A stretch of 64,000 bases of DNA from Bacillota bacterium (GCA_023459795.1 JAEWSP010000018.1:30946-94945), one strand, 5' to 3'. Shown: positions 29,281 to 39,313, counted from the stretch's first letter. Notes: a model not told the origin generated them from the letters alone. Made by a program: numbers and translations.

Positions 29281-30270
29281 CTACTTGTCGAGGGAGAACC
29301 TATAGGTTGCAAAATGTTTGTATTCCTGCCCTGCCTTCAAGAGCAGCCCCTCGAGCGGGAAATTGCACTTCTCCGGTTCGATGGCAAGAGCTCTTCTCTT
29401 CATAAGGCCAAGCCGGTTGTTGAACTCGATTCTCTTCATAGACTGGTCGCAGTAGCAGTTCACGCCTTCATAGTCGGTCAGGATATCCATCTTGAAGCCG
29501 TTGCCGGAGAAGGTAACCTGCGGAACACGGGGATCCATAATATCGAAGGCAAGGAAATGATCGAAGTTGTGGACAAGCGGAATTTCTTTTTCCGTGGCAT
29601 CCATTCTTTCTCCCATTCTCGGGTTGTCATGGAAATCCAGGGCTTTGCAGACCGGAACAATACCGTTTGGAAGTTCCGTTCCTTCCTTGAAGCTGGCCAT
29701 ATTGGAAGCATCGATATGGAGATGATAGTCATTGATATCCAAGGATCCGGCGAAGTTGAAATACATATGGTTGGAGAGATTGACGACGGTATCCTTGTCG
29801 GAAAGAGCACGGAAGGTGATTGTCATCTCTTCCCGGTCCACCGGGAAGAAATAGGAGATCTCTACTTTCAGGTTGCCCGGGAAGCCGTTTTCTCCGTCCT
29901 TCGACTCCTTCATGAAAAAGACAGTCGTACCCTTGCTGTTGGAAACAACCTCGGAATGGAATTTCTGGTAGGTAAGGGAAGTATCGCATCCGCCATGGAG
30001 GCAGATTCCGGGGGCTTCTTCCTTAAGATGGACATCTTCTTCCCCAAGACGGAAAGAGGAAGGGATTCTTCCGGCAACTCTTCCCATAGTCTTTCCGAAG
30101 CACATCGGGCAGGAGAGGTACTCCTCTCTGTCTGCAAGCTCCAGGATCATCGGAACTCCCTTGTAATGAAGGGAATAGACTCCGGCTCCAAGAGTAGAAA
30201 GAGTGGCTTCGACTCCGTCCTTACGGCCGATGGTCAAGAACTCCGACTCCAGCTTGTTTTCCTGTTTCAT
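29281..30270 (-). CDS. galM: Aldose 1-epimerase (galactose mutarotase family)
   Basis: Aldose-epimerase superfamily length and motifs (HGG...; FHxxxxxD...; conserved His/Glu region NHMYFN). The 614-aa antisense ORF at 29314..31158 was rejected. Confidence 0.75.
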   Translation of the reverse strand: MKQENKLESEFLTIGRKDGVEATLSTLGAGVYSLHYKGVPMILELADREEYLSCPMCFGKTMGRVAGRIPSSFRLGEEDVHLKEEAPGICLHGGCDTSLTYQKFHSEVVSNSKGTTVFFMKESKDGENGFPGNLKVEISYFFPVDREEMTITFRALSDKDTVVNLSNHMYFNFAGSLDINDYHLHIDASNMASFKEGTELPNGIVPVCKALDFHDNPRMGERMDATEKEIPLVHNFDHFLAFDIMDPRVPQVTFSGNGFKMDILTDYEGVNCYCDQSMKRIEFNNRLGLMKRRALAIEPEKCNFPLEGLLLKAGQEYKHFATYRFSLDK

Positions 30271-30285
30271 ATTGTTTTCCCTTTG

Positions 30286-30318
30286 AAAAACAAGCGACCC
30301 TTCGGCCGCTTGTTTTGC
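30286..30318 (-). terminator. Terminator between the hypothetical gene at 30331..31332 and galM
   Basis: AACAAGCGGCCGAAGGGTCGCTTGTT followed by TTTCAAAGGG on the minus strand. Confidence 0.55.
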
Positions 30319-30330
30319 TGTCTTTCGTTT

Positions 30331-31332
30331 CTACTTGGCTTCCGGAGCAGCCGGTGCAGCAGCCGGAACGGCTGCCTTGAGTTTTCCAGACTTGTAAGCG
30401 GCATAACGGAAGTCCAGATCATCAGCAAAGAAGCTGACGACATGCTTCTGGAATTCTTCCGGCTTTTCACGCATCAGTTTCTGAACGTTTCCGACTTCCT
30501 TGGTCTGTTCAGGAGTCCAGGAAGGAGAAAGGAGAAGCTTGTTGTTGTCGAAGAGATCATCGACAAGGATAATTCCCTGCTTCGGATCCTTGGAGTTGGC
30601 AAAGAAGGCATAACGGGTCTGGTCGACCGGATCATCGTAGCAGAACGTGGAATCGAACTCATCCACCTGACCTTCCTTGTTCTTGAGCTGGATATGGGCC
30701 TTCACCTTGCCGCCAAGAAGCTGGCCGGCAGCGGAGATGGTCTGATAAGACGGAAGGAGACGGGCCTGGAGAAGCTCGTTGATCATATTGATACGGTTGT
30801 GGATTTCCTGGTTGTTTCCGAGGATAAGACGGATATGCTTGCTATCCGGAGTGACGGAGAAGAGATACTGTCCGCCAAAGGAAGTTCCGATGCAGGAAAC
30901 AAAGAAGATCTTGGTGACATAGTCGAAATAACGATAGATTTCGACCATTGTGACAGAACGTCCGATGGAAGAACGAAGCTTGACTTCGACACCGCCGTTC
31001 TCAAGATGGTTCTCGACGAGAACTTCGTACTCGGTTCCTTCTTCGATCGACGGAGGAACAAGCTTGAGGGAAGGCTTGATAGACTTGTTGAATTCAGCAG
31101 TCTTTTCAATAGCCTTGCGAACATCTCCGTCTTCCTTGAACTTTCCATCAAGTCCTAAGTTGAATATACGGAAAACAAGCAGCGGCATATCGGATCCGAG
31201 GACATAGTAGTCAGTAGTTCCATCCTCGAGGGCCTTCTGATAGATAATCTCCATCTTGGCCGGACGGATGAAATTCTTGGCATTGGCATCAGCAACAGCC
31301 TGAATTTGCACTAAGGCTTCTTTGTCTTCCAT
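30331..31332 (-). CDS. Conserved hypothetical cytoplasmic protein (334 aa) with C-terminal Ala/Pro-rich tail
   Basis: Start set at ATG 31332 (MEDKEAL), which is preceded by AAGGAGA. No motif recognised. Ends ...AAVPAAAPAAPEAK. Confidence 0.5.
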   Translation of the reverse strand: MEDKEALVQIQAVADANAKNFIRPAKMEIIYQKALEDGTTDYYVLGSDMPLLVFRIFNLGLDGKFKEDGDVRKAIEKTAEFNKSIKPSLKLVPPSIEEGTEYEVLVENHLENGGVEVKLRSSIGRSVTMVEIYRYFDYVTKIFFVSCIGTSFGGQYLFSVTPDSKHIRLILGNNQEIHNRINMINELLQARLLPSYQTISAAGQLLGGKVKAHIQLKNKEGQVDEFDSTFCYDDPVDQTRYAFFANSKDPKQGIILVDDLFDNNKLLLSPSWTPEQTKEVGNVQKLMREKPEEFQKHVVSFFADDLDFRYAAYKSGKLKAAVPAAAPAAPEAK

Positions 31333-31422
31333 AAAATTGTTCTCCTTGATTTGAACGCTAGCACACATTAGCAAAGATTATTATACCGAATTTCGTTCCT
31401 TAAAGCGACAACGTTTTTGGTT

Positions 31423-32127
31423 TCAGCGACTATCTTTGATCTGCCACTGGATCGGATCGAGCTTATTATCGGAAAGGAATTGGTTTGCTCTTTTGAAGCA
31501 ATCGGAGCAGAAGAAGCCCCGATAAGCGCTTAACGGAGAGGGGTGAGCAGTCTTGATTATGCAGGCTTTCTTGCTATGGATCAGAGCTTCCTTCTTCTGA
31601 GCATAAGCACCCCAGAGGAGATAAACGACGGGCTGATCCAGCTTGTCGATAGCCTGAATCACATCATCCGTGAAGTTGGCCCAGCCAAGTTCCGCATGGG
31701 AATTAGGTTCCAATGCCTTTACCGTCAGGGAAGCATTGAGAAGCAGGACTCCCTGCTTTGCCCAAGGCTCCAGGTTGCCGGTCTTCGGAATCGGATATCC
31801 GTATTCATAGAAGAGTTCTTTGTAGATATTCTGCAAAGATTTCGGAAGAGCGACATTGTCGTTGACGGAGAAGGAAAGTCCGTTCGCCTGCCCTTCGTTG
31901 TAATAAGGATCCTGGCCGAGGATTACGGCACGGACATTCTTAGGGGAAGTCTCGCTAAGGGCGTGGAACACAAGATTGTAGGGAGGATAGACCGTCTCTT
32001 TGAGATAACGGTCAGAAACCATATCCACCAGTTTCTGGTAATAGTCCTTGTTCTTCTCGTCTTCAAGAAGCAATTCCCATTCGCCTGGGAAAGTGGTAAG
32101 CGCCTTAACAAGTTCTTCTTTAGTCAT
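31423..32127 (-). CDS. ung: Uracil-DNA glycosylase, family 1
   Basis: GQDPYYNEGQANGLSFSV (water-activating loop) and HPSPLSAY (His motif). Confidence 0.9.
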   Translation of the reverse strand: MTKEELVKALTTFPGEWELLLEDEKNKDYYQKLVDMVSDRYLKETVYPPYNLVFHALSETSPKNVRAVILGQDPYYNEGQANGLSFSVNDNVALPKSLQNIYKELFYEYGYPIPKTGNLEPWAKQGVLLLNASLTVKALEPNSHAELGWANFTDDVIQAIDKLDQPVVYLLWGAYAQKKEALIHSKKACIIKTAHPSPLSAYRGFFCSDCFKRANQFLSDNKLDPIQWQIKDSR

Positions 32128-32338
32128 GATTATTCTTCCCGGACTCTTTATCCTTCTTCTCCTGCTTCTTGGTCAGGAACATGGAAACACAAAAGAAAAC
32201 CAAGGCAGCGGCAGAAATGCCGATAGCCGCAAAGCAGGCCGGATGCCACTTCGTGATAGCGCCGATACCGATAGAGATGCCAAGCATTACAAGCGCCATT
32301 CCGATCATGATCTTCAAAGTTCTAACATTATTCGACAT
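32120..32338 (-). CDS. Small 2-TM membrane protein
   Basis: Start at ATG 32338 (MSNNVRTL), preceded by a perfect AAGGAGG. Overlaps the ung start by 8 nt. Confidence 0.5.
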   Translation of the reverse strand: MSNNVRTLKIMIGMALVMLGISIGIGAITKWHPACFAAIGISAAALVFFCVSMFLTKKQEKKDKESGKNNHD

Positions 32339-32412
32339 AGGGATATCCTCCTTGGAAAAGAAAGGAGGCGGAGCCATCGCTCCGCCTCTTGGACTCAGGA
32401 CTAGAGAGAAGA

Positions 32413-32661
32413 CTACTTCTTATCGTCTTCTTTGTGACTGAACCACTTGGACTGGATGAAATCCAGAGTATCGTCAAGGTTCTCTTCTTCCATAGCCGCA
32501 ATAGCAAACATATAAGACGGCATCGGAAGAGAATCATCAGAATCAAACGTAACCGTATCTCCGTCTTCGGCATTGCCTTTGGTGATGTAATACTTGTTGT
32601 CCGATAAAAGAAGAAGTCTTCCTTCCTTTACCATCAGAACTGTTCCTTTAATCTGTGCCAT
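32413..32661 (-). CDS. Small acidic hypothetical protein (82 aa)
   Basis: AAAGGAG RBS 8 nt upstream of ATG 32661. Confidence 0.5.
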   Translation of the reverse strand: MAQIKGTVLMVKEGRLLLLSDNKYYITKGNAEDGDTVTFDSDDSLPMPSYMFAIAAMEEENLDDTLDFIQSKWFSHKEDDKK

Positions 32662-32813
32662 AAAACGATCTCCTTTCTGGCTTCGATACCCATATTATAA
32701 TAAATTTAAAGCTAAATGAAAGAGGAACAACATTGGAATGAGTTGGAAATATATAAGGAATGACGTAAAATAAGAACGCATTCTTTAGTTCAGTTTTTTA
32801 ATGGAGATAATTA

Positions 32814-33395
32814 ATGAAATTACTTGCAATTGTTTTCCCAGGCCGACGCTACAGCAGTGATCGTTCGCTGCTCTATTTTCCTTCCAAGGTCATGGAAGCA
32901 AAAGGCTTTGAAATGAAGTATCTCCACTACAACTTCGAAAAAGAGGTGGAGGACAACAGGCCCATCGACCAGGCCATAGAAGAATCCGATGCCTATGCCC
33001 AGAAAGCATTGGCAGGAATCGACTTCAAAAGCTATGACCATATCGTGTTCCTCGGAAAATCCATCGGAACTGCCGTCAGCGGCAGAATTCGGAAAGAACT
33101 GGCCATCGACAACGTCATCGAAATCTACATCACTCCTCTTCCCCAGACCGTCCCGTATTTCCAGCGCCAGGATCTGATCATCGTCGGAGACCAGGATCCT
33201 TATTTCCCGGATCCGAACCCGATCCTCACGAACTATCCGAACAACTACGTCTTCCCGTCCAGCACCCATTCCCTGGAAAACAAGAAAAATTACCACCGTT
33301 CCATCCGCGTCATCGATGATGTCACTTCCATCGTCGACAGATACCTTACCGTCACCCTCAAGCTTCCGGAGGAAGCAGACATCCAAACAAAGTAA
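32814..33395 (+). CDS. Putative alpha/beta-fold hydrolase (GxSxG)
   Basis: GKSIG nucleophile elbow; 193 aa; family not resolved. Confidence 0.45.
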   Translation: MKLLAIVFPGRRYSSDRSLLYFPSKVMEAKGFEMKYLHYNFEKEVEDNRPIDQAIEESDAYAQKALAGIDFKSYDHIVFLGKSIGTAVSGRIRKELAIDNVIEIYITPLPQTVPYFQRQDLIIVGDQDPYFPDPNPILTNYPNNYVFPSSTHSLENKKNYHRSIRVIDDVTSIVDRYLTVTLKLPEEADIQTK

Positions 33396-33401
33396 ATCAA
33401 A

Positions 33402-34121
33402 ATGGCAGAAAAACAAAAGAAAAAGCCTGCAGTTCCGGTTGCGGAGACCCAGTCCACGCTGGAGATCCAGAAGATCCAGGCTACCGTCAATAGGGACTAC
33501 TATTTCCGCAAGAAGCCGGTTTTCGGCTTCTTCAAACGTTTTTTCGATATCCTGAATTCCTTTATCGCCATCGTGCTTCTTTCCCCGCTCCTCCTTGTTC
33601 TCTCCCTCCTGGTGAAGCTGACCTCCAAAGGCCCTGTCTTCTACAAGCACAGGCGTGTCGGAAAGAACGGAAAGATCTTCGGGATGCTGAAATTCCGTTC
33701 CATGAAGTGGGATCCCCGTCCGATCGAGCAGCAGCTCAATCCGGAACAGCTGAAGCAGTACTACACGGAATTCAAGGTCGACAACGATCCCCGTATCACC
33801 AAGATCGGAAAGTTCCTGAGGAAGACTTCCCTCGACGAGCTTCCGCAGCTCTTTGATATCTTCGCCGGGAAGATGTCCTTCGTCGGTCCCCGTCCGGTCA
33901 CGGAGATCGAGACGGAGAAGTACGGCCTTACCAGGGATATCCTTCTGTCCGTACGTCCCGGACTTACCTCCTACTGGGCAAGTCACGGAAGAAGCAATGT
34001 GGACTACCAGGAACGTGTCAACATGGAGCTTTACTACATCAAGCACCGCTCCCTCTGGATGGATTTCAAGATCATCTGCAAAACTGCCGTCGGCGTATTC
34101 AAAAGAGAAGGCGCCGAATAA
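33402..34121 (+). CDS. Polyprenyl-phosphate sugar phosphotransferase (small 'bacterial sugar transferase', PglC/WbaP C-terminal type)
   Basis: N-terminal TM, then KFRSM...DELPQL...MSFVGPRPV...RPGLTSYW signature blocks. Confidence 0.8.
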   Translation: MAEKQKKKPAVPVAETQSTLEIQKIQATVNRDYYFRKKPVFGFFKRFFDILNSFIAIVLLSPLLLVLSLLVKLTSKGPVFYKHRRVGKNGKIFGMLKFRSMKWDPRPIEQQLNPEQLKQYYTEFKVDNDPRITKIGKFLRKTSLDELPQLFDIFAGKMSFVGPRPVTEIETEKYGLTRDILLSVRPGLTSYWASHGRSNVDYQERVNMELYYIKHRSLWMDFKIICKTAVGVFKREGAE

Positions 34122-34133
34122 AGGAGATTATTT

Positions 34134-35627
34134 ATGGAAGAAAACAAAAAAGACGGATCGAAGATCATCGTTATTCAGGACGGAAACGCCAAAGAACTGG
34201 GCCAGGGTCTTACTTTACCCCGTTACGGAAGAGGATTGAAGAAGTATTGGCCGTGGTGGGCAGGCGCCACCGTTCTTATGGGCCTTGTCGGATTCCTCGT
34301 CACGAAACTTGCCATCAATCCGAAAAAGGAGAAGCTTACCGCAACTTTTTCATACGATATTCCGACCATTGCCGAGAAGTCCGATAACGCCAAGGTCTTC
34401 TACTTTGACGGAACTCCTTTTGATTATAGGGATATCATCAGCGCTTCCTCTATCAACGGATTCCTTGCCAAAGATAAGGGGGGAGCGAAGAAGTACACAA
34501 ACCTTTCCACGGATATCATCCTCAAGGACAACACTTTTGCTATCTCCCAGAGTGTGGATGCAAACGGAGCTGCAGTCGTTCCGGCAACTTATACCATCAA
34601 TGCTGGTGTTGCTCCTTTCTCTTCCACGGAACAGGCTTCCTCTTTCACAAGAGATCTTATCGACTACACGGCAGAACTTGCCAAGGCCAAGGTAGAGTCT
34701 TATAAGATTTCGGATTCCACTGGTTCTATCGATTCCAGCACGTCTTTCAAGAAGTCCACTTCCATTCTTTCCACCCAGTACCAGAGAGTCTCCGATGCCT
34801 ATACCTTCCTTCTCTCCAATTTTTCCGAAAGCGCAGCTGTCTCCGACAGCGGGACTACCTTGCAGGAATACCACGATCTGTTCCTCTCGAATTTCAGCAA
34901 CGGATCCGAGAACGAATTTACGAAGCTGAGCCGTGAACTGCTTTCCAAGCATTATGTCAACTTCACGGATTCCACTCTGGATAGCAATCTGGAAGAACTG
35001 AAGAGCCAAGGCAAGACGGATCTTGTCGGCCTTACCCAGATCAACGGAACCATCACCAACCTGAAGACCGTCATCGGTACTTCCGATCGCCCGGACTCTG
35101 CTTCCTATGCAACTTATCTGGAGCAACTGAATACTGCTCTGGAAAGCCAGGAAACCCTGAAGACGGATCTTCTCCAGTTAGGATATGTCTACACCGGGGA
35201 TGCTTCCGACCCGAAGAACTACACGCTTCTGGAGACCACCCAGGAGAATTACGACAAGGGAGTCTTCGGACAGATCCAGCACCTGGAGTGGTACAAAGGC
35301 CACAAGGATACGGACAGCTGGGGCAAGGAAGTGGCAGGTTTCCGGGATGAGATCAGCTCGATGACTGCACAGCTTACCAGTTGGACTTCCTTTACCGCCG
35401 AAAAGACAAAGTATCTCTACCGCAATTCTACAAACGGCGTCCACTACTCCACCTCGAGCGGAATCCTCTCCTCCGGCCATGTCTCTTCCGTCTTGGTTCT
35501 TTTCCTTTCTGCTATCCTAGGTTTTGCCGTTTCTTCCCTCATCACGGGAGAAATCGTTGTTGTTGCTGACAGAAAAGCTAAAAACGAAGAAACGAAGAAA
35601 GAAGATAAACCGGTTTCAGTCCAATAA
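34134..35627 (+). CDS. Bitopic membrane protein with large extracytoplasmic domain; possible Wzz/CpsC-like polysaccharide co-polymerase
   Basis: Short cytoplasmic N-terminus, TM1 (KYWPWWAGATVLMGLVGFLV), about 400 aa of Ser/Thr-rich domain with coiled segments, TM2 (VLVLFLSAILGFAV), then a Lys-rich tail. Sits 13 nt after the sugar-transferase gene. Assignment is by topology only. Confidence 0.4.
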   Translation: MEENKKDGSKIIVIQDGNAKELGQGLTLPRYGRGLKKYWPWWAGATVLMGLVGFLVTKLAINPKKEKLTATFSYDIPTIAEKSDNAKVFYFDGTPFDYRDIISASSINGFLAKDKGGAKKYTNLSTDIILKDNTFAISQSVDANGAAVVPATYTINAGVAPFSSTEQASSFTRDLIDYTAELAKAKVESYKISDSTGSIDSSTSFKKSTSILSTQYQRVSDAYTFLLSNFSESAAVSDSGTTLQEYHDLFLSNFSNGSENEFTKLSRELLSKHYVNFTDSTLDSNLEELKSQGKTDLVGLTQINGTITNLKTVIGTSDRPDSASYATYLEQLNTALESQETLKTDLLQLGYVYTGDASDPKNYTLLETTQENYDKGVFGQIQHLEWYKGHKDTDSWGKEVAGFRDEISSMTAQLTSWTSFTAEKTKYLYRNSTNGVHYSTSSGILSSGHVSSVLVLFLSAILGFAVSSLITGEIVVVADRKAKNEETKKEDKPVSVQ

Positions 35628-35740
35628 ACCGCTACTCTTACTAGCCGGGAAGAATGAAAACAATTTACAAGGCCCAAACGGGCCTTGTTTCTTTTATAAT
35701 GTTAGCCGTCAGTAAAAAGCGGATGGAAAGGACAGCATCT

Positions 35741-36340
35741 ATGTATCAAGAACTCCAGAAGGGTTGGATCGAAGTCATTACGGGACCGATGTTTGCAGGC
35801 AAGACGGAAGAACTGATCCGTCGCCTGAAGACTCTCTCCTATACGAAAGACAAGATCCAGGCTTTCAAGCCCGCCATCGACAACCGGTACGACAAGAGCG
35901 ATATTGCTTCCCACAACGGAAACAAGTTCACCTCTTATCCGGTGAAGGATGTCAAGGACCTGGCTTCCAAGATCCTACCGGATACGGAAGTCATCGCTAT
36001 CGACGAGGTACAGTTCTTCGACAACTCCATCGTCGGTCTCTGTGACGAACTTGCTGACAAGGGAATAAGAGTGATTGTCGCCGGACTCGACACGGATTTC
36101 CGTGACGAGCCTTTCGGCCCGATGCCGACGCTTCTGGCAAAGGCCGAGATGGTGACGAAGCTTACGGCTGTCTGCACGATCTGCGGATGCGCAGCAACTA
36201 AGACCCAGCGTATGATCAATGGGAAACCGGCGGATTATTCCGGCAAGGTCGTTCTTGTCGGCGCCAAGGAGTCTTATGAAGCCCGCTGCCGGAAGCACCA
36301 CATCGTTCCCGGAAAGCCTCAGAAAGAATATCTGAAGTAA
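35741..36340 (+). CDS. tdk: Thymidine kinase
   Basis: P-loop GPMFAGKTEELIRR and a C-terminal zinc ribbon (CTICGCAA...CRKHH). Start moved to ATG 35741 (MYQELQ) after AAAGGA. Confidence 0.85.
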   Translation: MYQELQKGWIEVITGPMFAGKTEELIRRLKTLSYTKDKIQAFKPAIDNRYDKSDIASHNGNKFTSYPVKDVKDLASKILPDTEVIAIDEVQFFDNSIVGLCDELADKGIRVIVAGLDTDFRDEPFGPMPTLLAKAEMVTKLTAVCTICGCAATKTQRMINGKPADYSGKVVLVGAKESYEARCRKHHIVPGKPQKEYLK

Positions 36341-36352
36341 AGAACCGAATTC

Positions 36353-39307
36353 ATGTTCCGAAAGAAAAAGCAAAACAAAGCAGAAACCATTGAAAAGGCT
36401 CCTGCAGAAGAAGAAAAAAAGACGGAAAAGGTCCTGGCTGCAAAGCCGGAGACTACTGTTTTCCGCAAGAAGGATAAAGGCGAGGAAGTACCGGACTTCG
36501 ATGCCGAAGCCCAGGAACTCCCGCAGCGGAATACGACCGAAGAAAAGAAAATCTCCCTGGATGAAACCCAGGAGATCAAGATGACCTCCAAGGCCACTGA
36601 TTTCCTGAAGAGCGTCGATGAGAAGGAAATGAGGAAGAGGCAGAGAAAGGAATGGTGGCAGTCTGTTTTTGCTGTCTTTACCGGCAGGAAGAACAAGAAG
36701 CCGGCGGAGTCGAAAACCATTCCGGATGATACCATCCGTTTCAACCCCAGTGTCACGGAAGGTCTTTCGGATGACCAGGTCGCCCAGAACGTTGCCTTAG
36801 GCTTAGTCAACCATACGGAAGATACGACCGGAAGAACGTTCCGCCAGATCATCATGGAGAACATCTTCAGCTACTTCAACCTTGTCACAACGGCGATAGC
36901 CGTCATCCTTTTCATCTTCAAGCGTTATACCGAAGCTCTCTTTATGTGGGCGGTCATCGCCAACGTCATCATCGGTATCGTCCAAGGCGTCAAGGCCAAG
37001 AATACCATCGACAAGCTGAAGCTCGTCACTGCCCAGAACGTCAAAGTAGTAAGGTCCGGGAAAACCAAGATCATCCCTGCCGACAAACTGGTCCTGGATG
37101 ATATCTATGTCCTCAACAACGGAGACCAGATTCCGACCGACAGCTTGGTTGAGAACGGCAGCATGGAAGTCAATGAGTCTTTGCTAACAGGCGAATCCCG
37201 CCCGGTCAAGAAGGGCATCTGTGATACCCTCTATGCCGGAAGCTTCGTTGTCTCAGGGTCCGCAATCGTACGGGCATCCTTAGTCGGTCGGTACAACTAT
37301 GCCATGGGCATCCAGGCCCGTGCCAAGGAGTTCAAGAAGCCGCAGTCCGAAATCGTAACCTCCCTAAACAAGATCATCAAAGTCATCGGTATTGCCATTG
37401 TTCCGATAGGCCTTGCCCTTTTCCTGACTCAGTTCTACCTTTCCGGAAGCAACATCAACGGCCTTTCCACAATCGAAAGAGCCTCCAATGCTATCTCCTA
37501 TACGGCAGGATCCGTTGTCGGCATGATTCCGACTGGCATGTATCTTCTTACTTCCGTCGCTCTTTGCACCGGTGTCATTGCCCTCGGCAAGAAGAACACG
37601 CTCGTTCAAGACCTCTACTGCATCGAAATGCTGGCAAGAGTCAATACGCTGTGCCTGGATAAGACCGGCACATTGACGGACGGCACGATGAAGTGCACGG
37701 AAGTGCTCCGTATCGACAAGTCTGCCGACCTTAGCAAGATCGTCGGTTCCTATCTTTCTTCCTTCCGTGACACCAACCAGACCAGTATCGCTTTATCCAA
37801 AGCCTACCCGTTAAGAAGCGATTATCAGGCCCGGGATACGATTCCTTTCTCCTCCCAGAGAAAATACTCCGTGGTTACCTTCTATGATGTCGGCACCTAT
37901 CTCCTCGGCGCTCCGGAATATATCTACAAAGCAAAGGACAGAACCCTTGCGAAATACATCGCCGACAAGCAGACAAGCGGCATGCGTGTCGTCATGCTTG
38001 CCAGAAGCGATACACCGATCGCCAACAATGAAATCACCGGAAAGATTACTCCGGTCGCTATCTTCGTTCTGCAGGACCACGTAAGACCTCAGGCTCCTGA
38101 AACAATTCGCTGGTTTGTCAATAACGGCGTACAGATTAAGATTATTTCCGGAGACAATCCTCTTACTGCAAGCGAGATTGCAAAGAAATGCGGAGTTCCT
38201 CATGCCGAAAAGGCAATCTCCTTGGAAGGACTATCCATCCCGGAAGTCTCGGAACTCGTGAGTCAGTACAGCGTCTTCGGAAGAGTCTCTCCGGAGCAGA
38301 AGGCTGCTATCGTCAAAGAGCTGAAGAAGGAAGGAAGAACGGTCGGAATGACCGGAGACGGAGTTAACGACATCCTTGCCATGAAGAACGCCGATTGTTC
38401 CATTGCTATGGCAAACGGTGCCTCCTCTGCTAGAAACGTCGCCCACCTCGTGCTTCTGGATTCGAACTTCTCCCATATGCCGGATGTCGTCGGCGAAGGC
38501 AGAAGAGTCATCAACAACATCCAGCGAAGCTCGGCAATGTTCCTGATGAAGACTATCTTCACAATCGCCTTCACCATCATTGTTCTTCTTACCTACCTCG
38601 GTCCGGGACACCACGGAATGACTTATCCTTTCCGTACGAACAACATCGCAATCATGGAGATCTGCGGTATCGGAATTCCTTCGACGCTTCTAGCCTTGCA
38701 GAAAAACGATTCCGAGATCAAAGGCCACTTTACGGCAAATATGTTCTCCCGGGCAATCCCTGGTGCCATCTGCCTCCTTCTTGCCATCGGCATCGACTAT
38801 ATCCTCAAAGGCTTCAATGTCCTGGATCTGGATTCCATAGCGTCTCTTGGAGTCTTCAACGGAGCCTCCCTTTCCGGAGAAGCCCTCCTTGCCGCTCAGC
38901 AGGAAAGCTTCACGACTCTCTGTGCACTCAGCATGGCTGTCGTCTCCCTTACCATGGTCTTCAACTGCTGCGTACCGTTCAATTCCTACCGCCTATGCCT
39001 ATACGGAGCCTGCATCGTCCTGGCTTTGATTCTCATCTTTGCTCTTCCCTTCATCCCTGCCATGAGCGATAAGCCGACAAGCCTTTCAGACTCCATCGCC
39101 TGGAATATGTCCATCCAGTTTACAGGCATCGACTTCCGGTATCTGAACAAGACGGGGCTTCTGCTACTAACAATCTATATCGTCGGAGGAGCCGGGCTTC
39201 TCAACTTCCTTATCGATTCCTTCTCCTTCATGCGCGGCGAGAAGCCGAAGAATTCCCTCTATGCTTCTCTCCACGAACTTCCGCAGCATCATCTGAAAGC
39301 CAAGTAG
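36353..39307 (+). CDS. Cation-translocating P-type ATPase (P2/P3-like, specificity unresolved) with 130-aa Lys/Glu-rich N-terminal extension
   Basis: DKTGTLTDG, TGDGVNDILAMKNADCSIAM, TGES actuator motif (LTGESRPV) and 10 predicted TM. The M4 motif reads IPTGM instead of PEGL or CPC. Confidence 0.8.
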   Translation: MFRKKKQNKAETIEKAPAEEEKKTEKVLAAKPETTVFRKKDKGEEVPDFDAEAQELPQRNTTEEKKISLDETQEIKMTSKATDFLKSVDEKEMRKRQRKEWWQSVFAVFTGRKNKKPAESKTIPDDTIRFNPSVTEGLSDDQVAQNVALGLVNHTEDTTGRTFRQIIMENIFSYFNLVTTAIAVILFIFKRYTEALFMWAVIANVIIGIVQGVKAKNTIDKLKLVTAQNVKVVRSGKTKIIPADKLVLDDIYVLNNGDQIPTDSLVENGSMEVNESLLTGESRPVKKGICDTLYAGSFVVSGSAIVRASLVGRYNYAMGIQARAKEFKKPQSEIVTSLNKIIKVIGIAIVPIGLALFLTQFYLSGSNINGLSTIERASNAISYTAGSVVGMIPTGMYLLTSVALCTGVIALGKKNTLVQDLYCIEMLARVNTLCLDKTGTLTDGTMKCTEVLRIDKSADLSKIVGSYLSSFRDTNQTSIALSKAYPLRSDYQARDTIPFSSQRKYSVVTFYDVGTYLLGAPEYIYKAKDRTLAKYIADKQTSGMRVVMLARSDTPIANNEITGKITPVAIFVLQDHVRPQAPETIRWFVNNGVQIKIISGDNPLTASEIAKKCGVPHAEKAISLEGLSIPEVSELVSQYSVFGRVSPEQKAAIVKELKKEGRTVGMTGDGVNDILAMKNADCSIAMANGASSARNVAHLVLLDSNFSHMPDVVGEGRRVINNIQRSSAMFLMKTIFTIAFTIIVLLTYLGPGHHGMTYPFRTNNIAIMEICGIGIPSTLLALQKNDSEIKGHFTANMFSRAIPGAICLLLAIGIDYILKGFNVLDLDSIASLGVFNGASLSGEALLAAQQESFTTLCALSMAVVSLTMVFNCCVPFNSYRLCLYGACIVLALILIFALPFIPAMSDKPTSLSDSIAWNMSIQFTGIDFRYLNKTGLLLLTIYIVGGAGLLNFLIDSFSFMRGEKPKNSLYASLHELPQHHLKAK

Positions 39308-39313
39308 AAAAAG

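Noticed and set aside
29314-31158. 614-aa + strand ORF
   Set aside because: Antisense to galM and the 30331 gene, both with clear features and RBS. The translation is low-complexity with no motif. It is a shadow ORF from codon bias.
32820-34046. 408-aa minus-strand ORF
   Set aside because: Antisense to the hydrolase and the sugar-transferase, which has unmistakable Bac_transf motifs. No RBS and no motifs.
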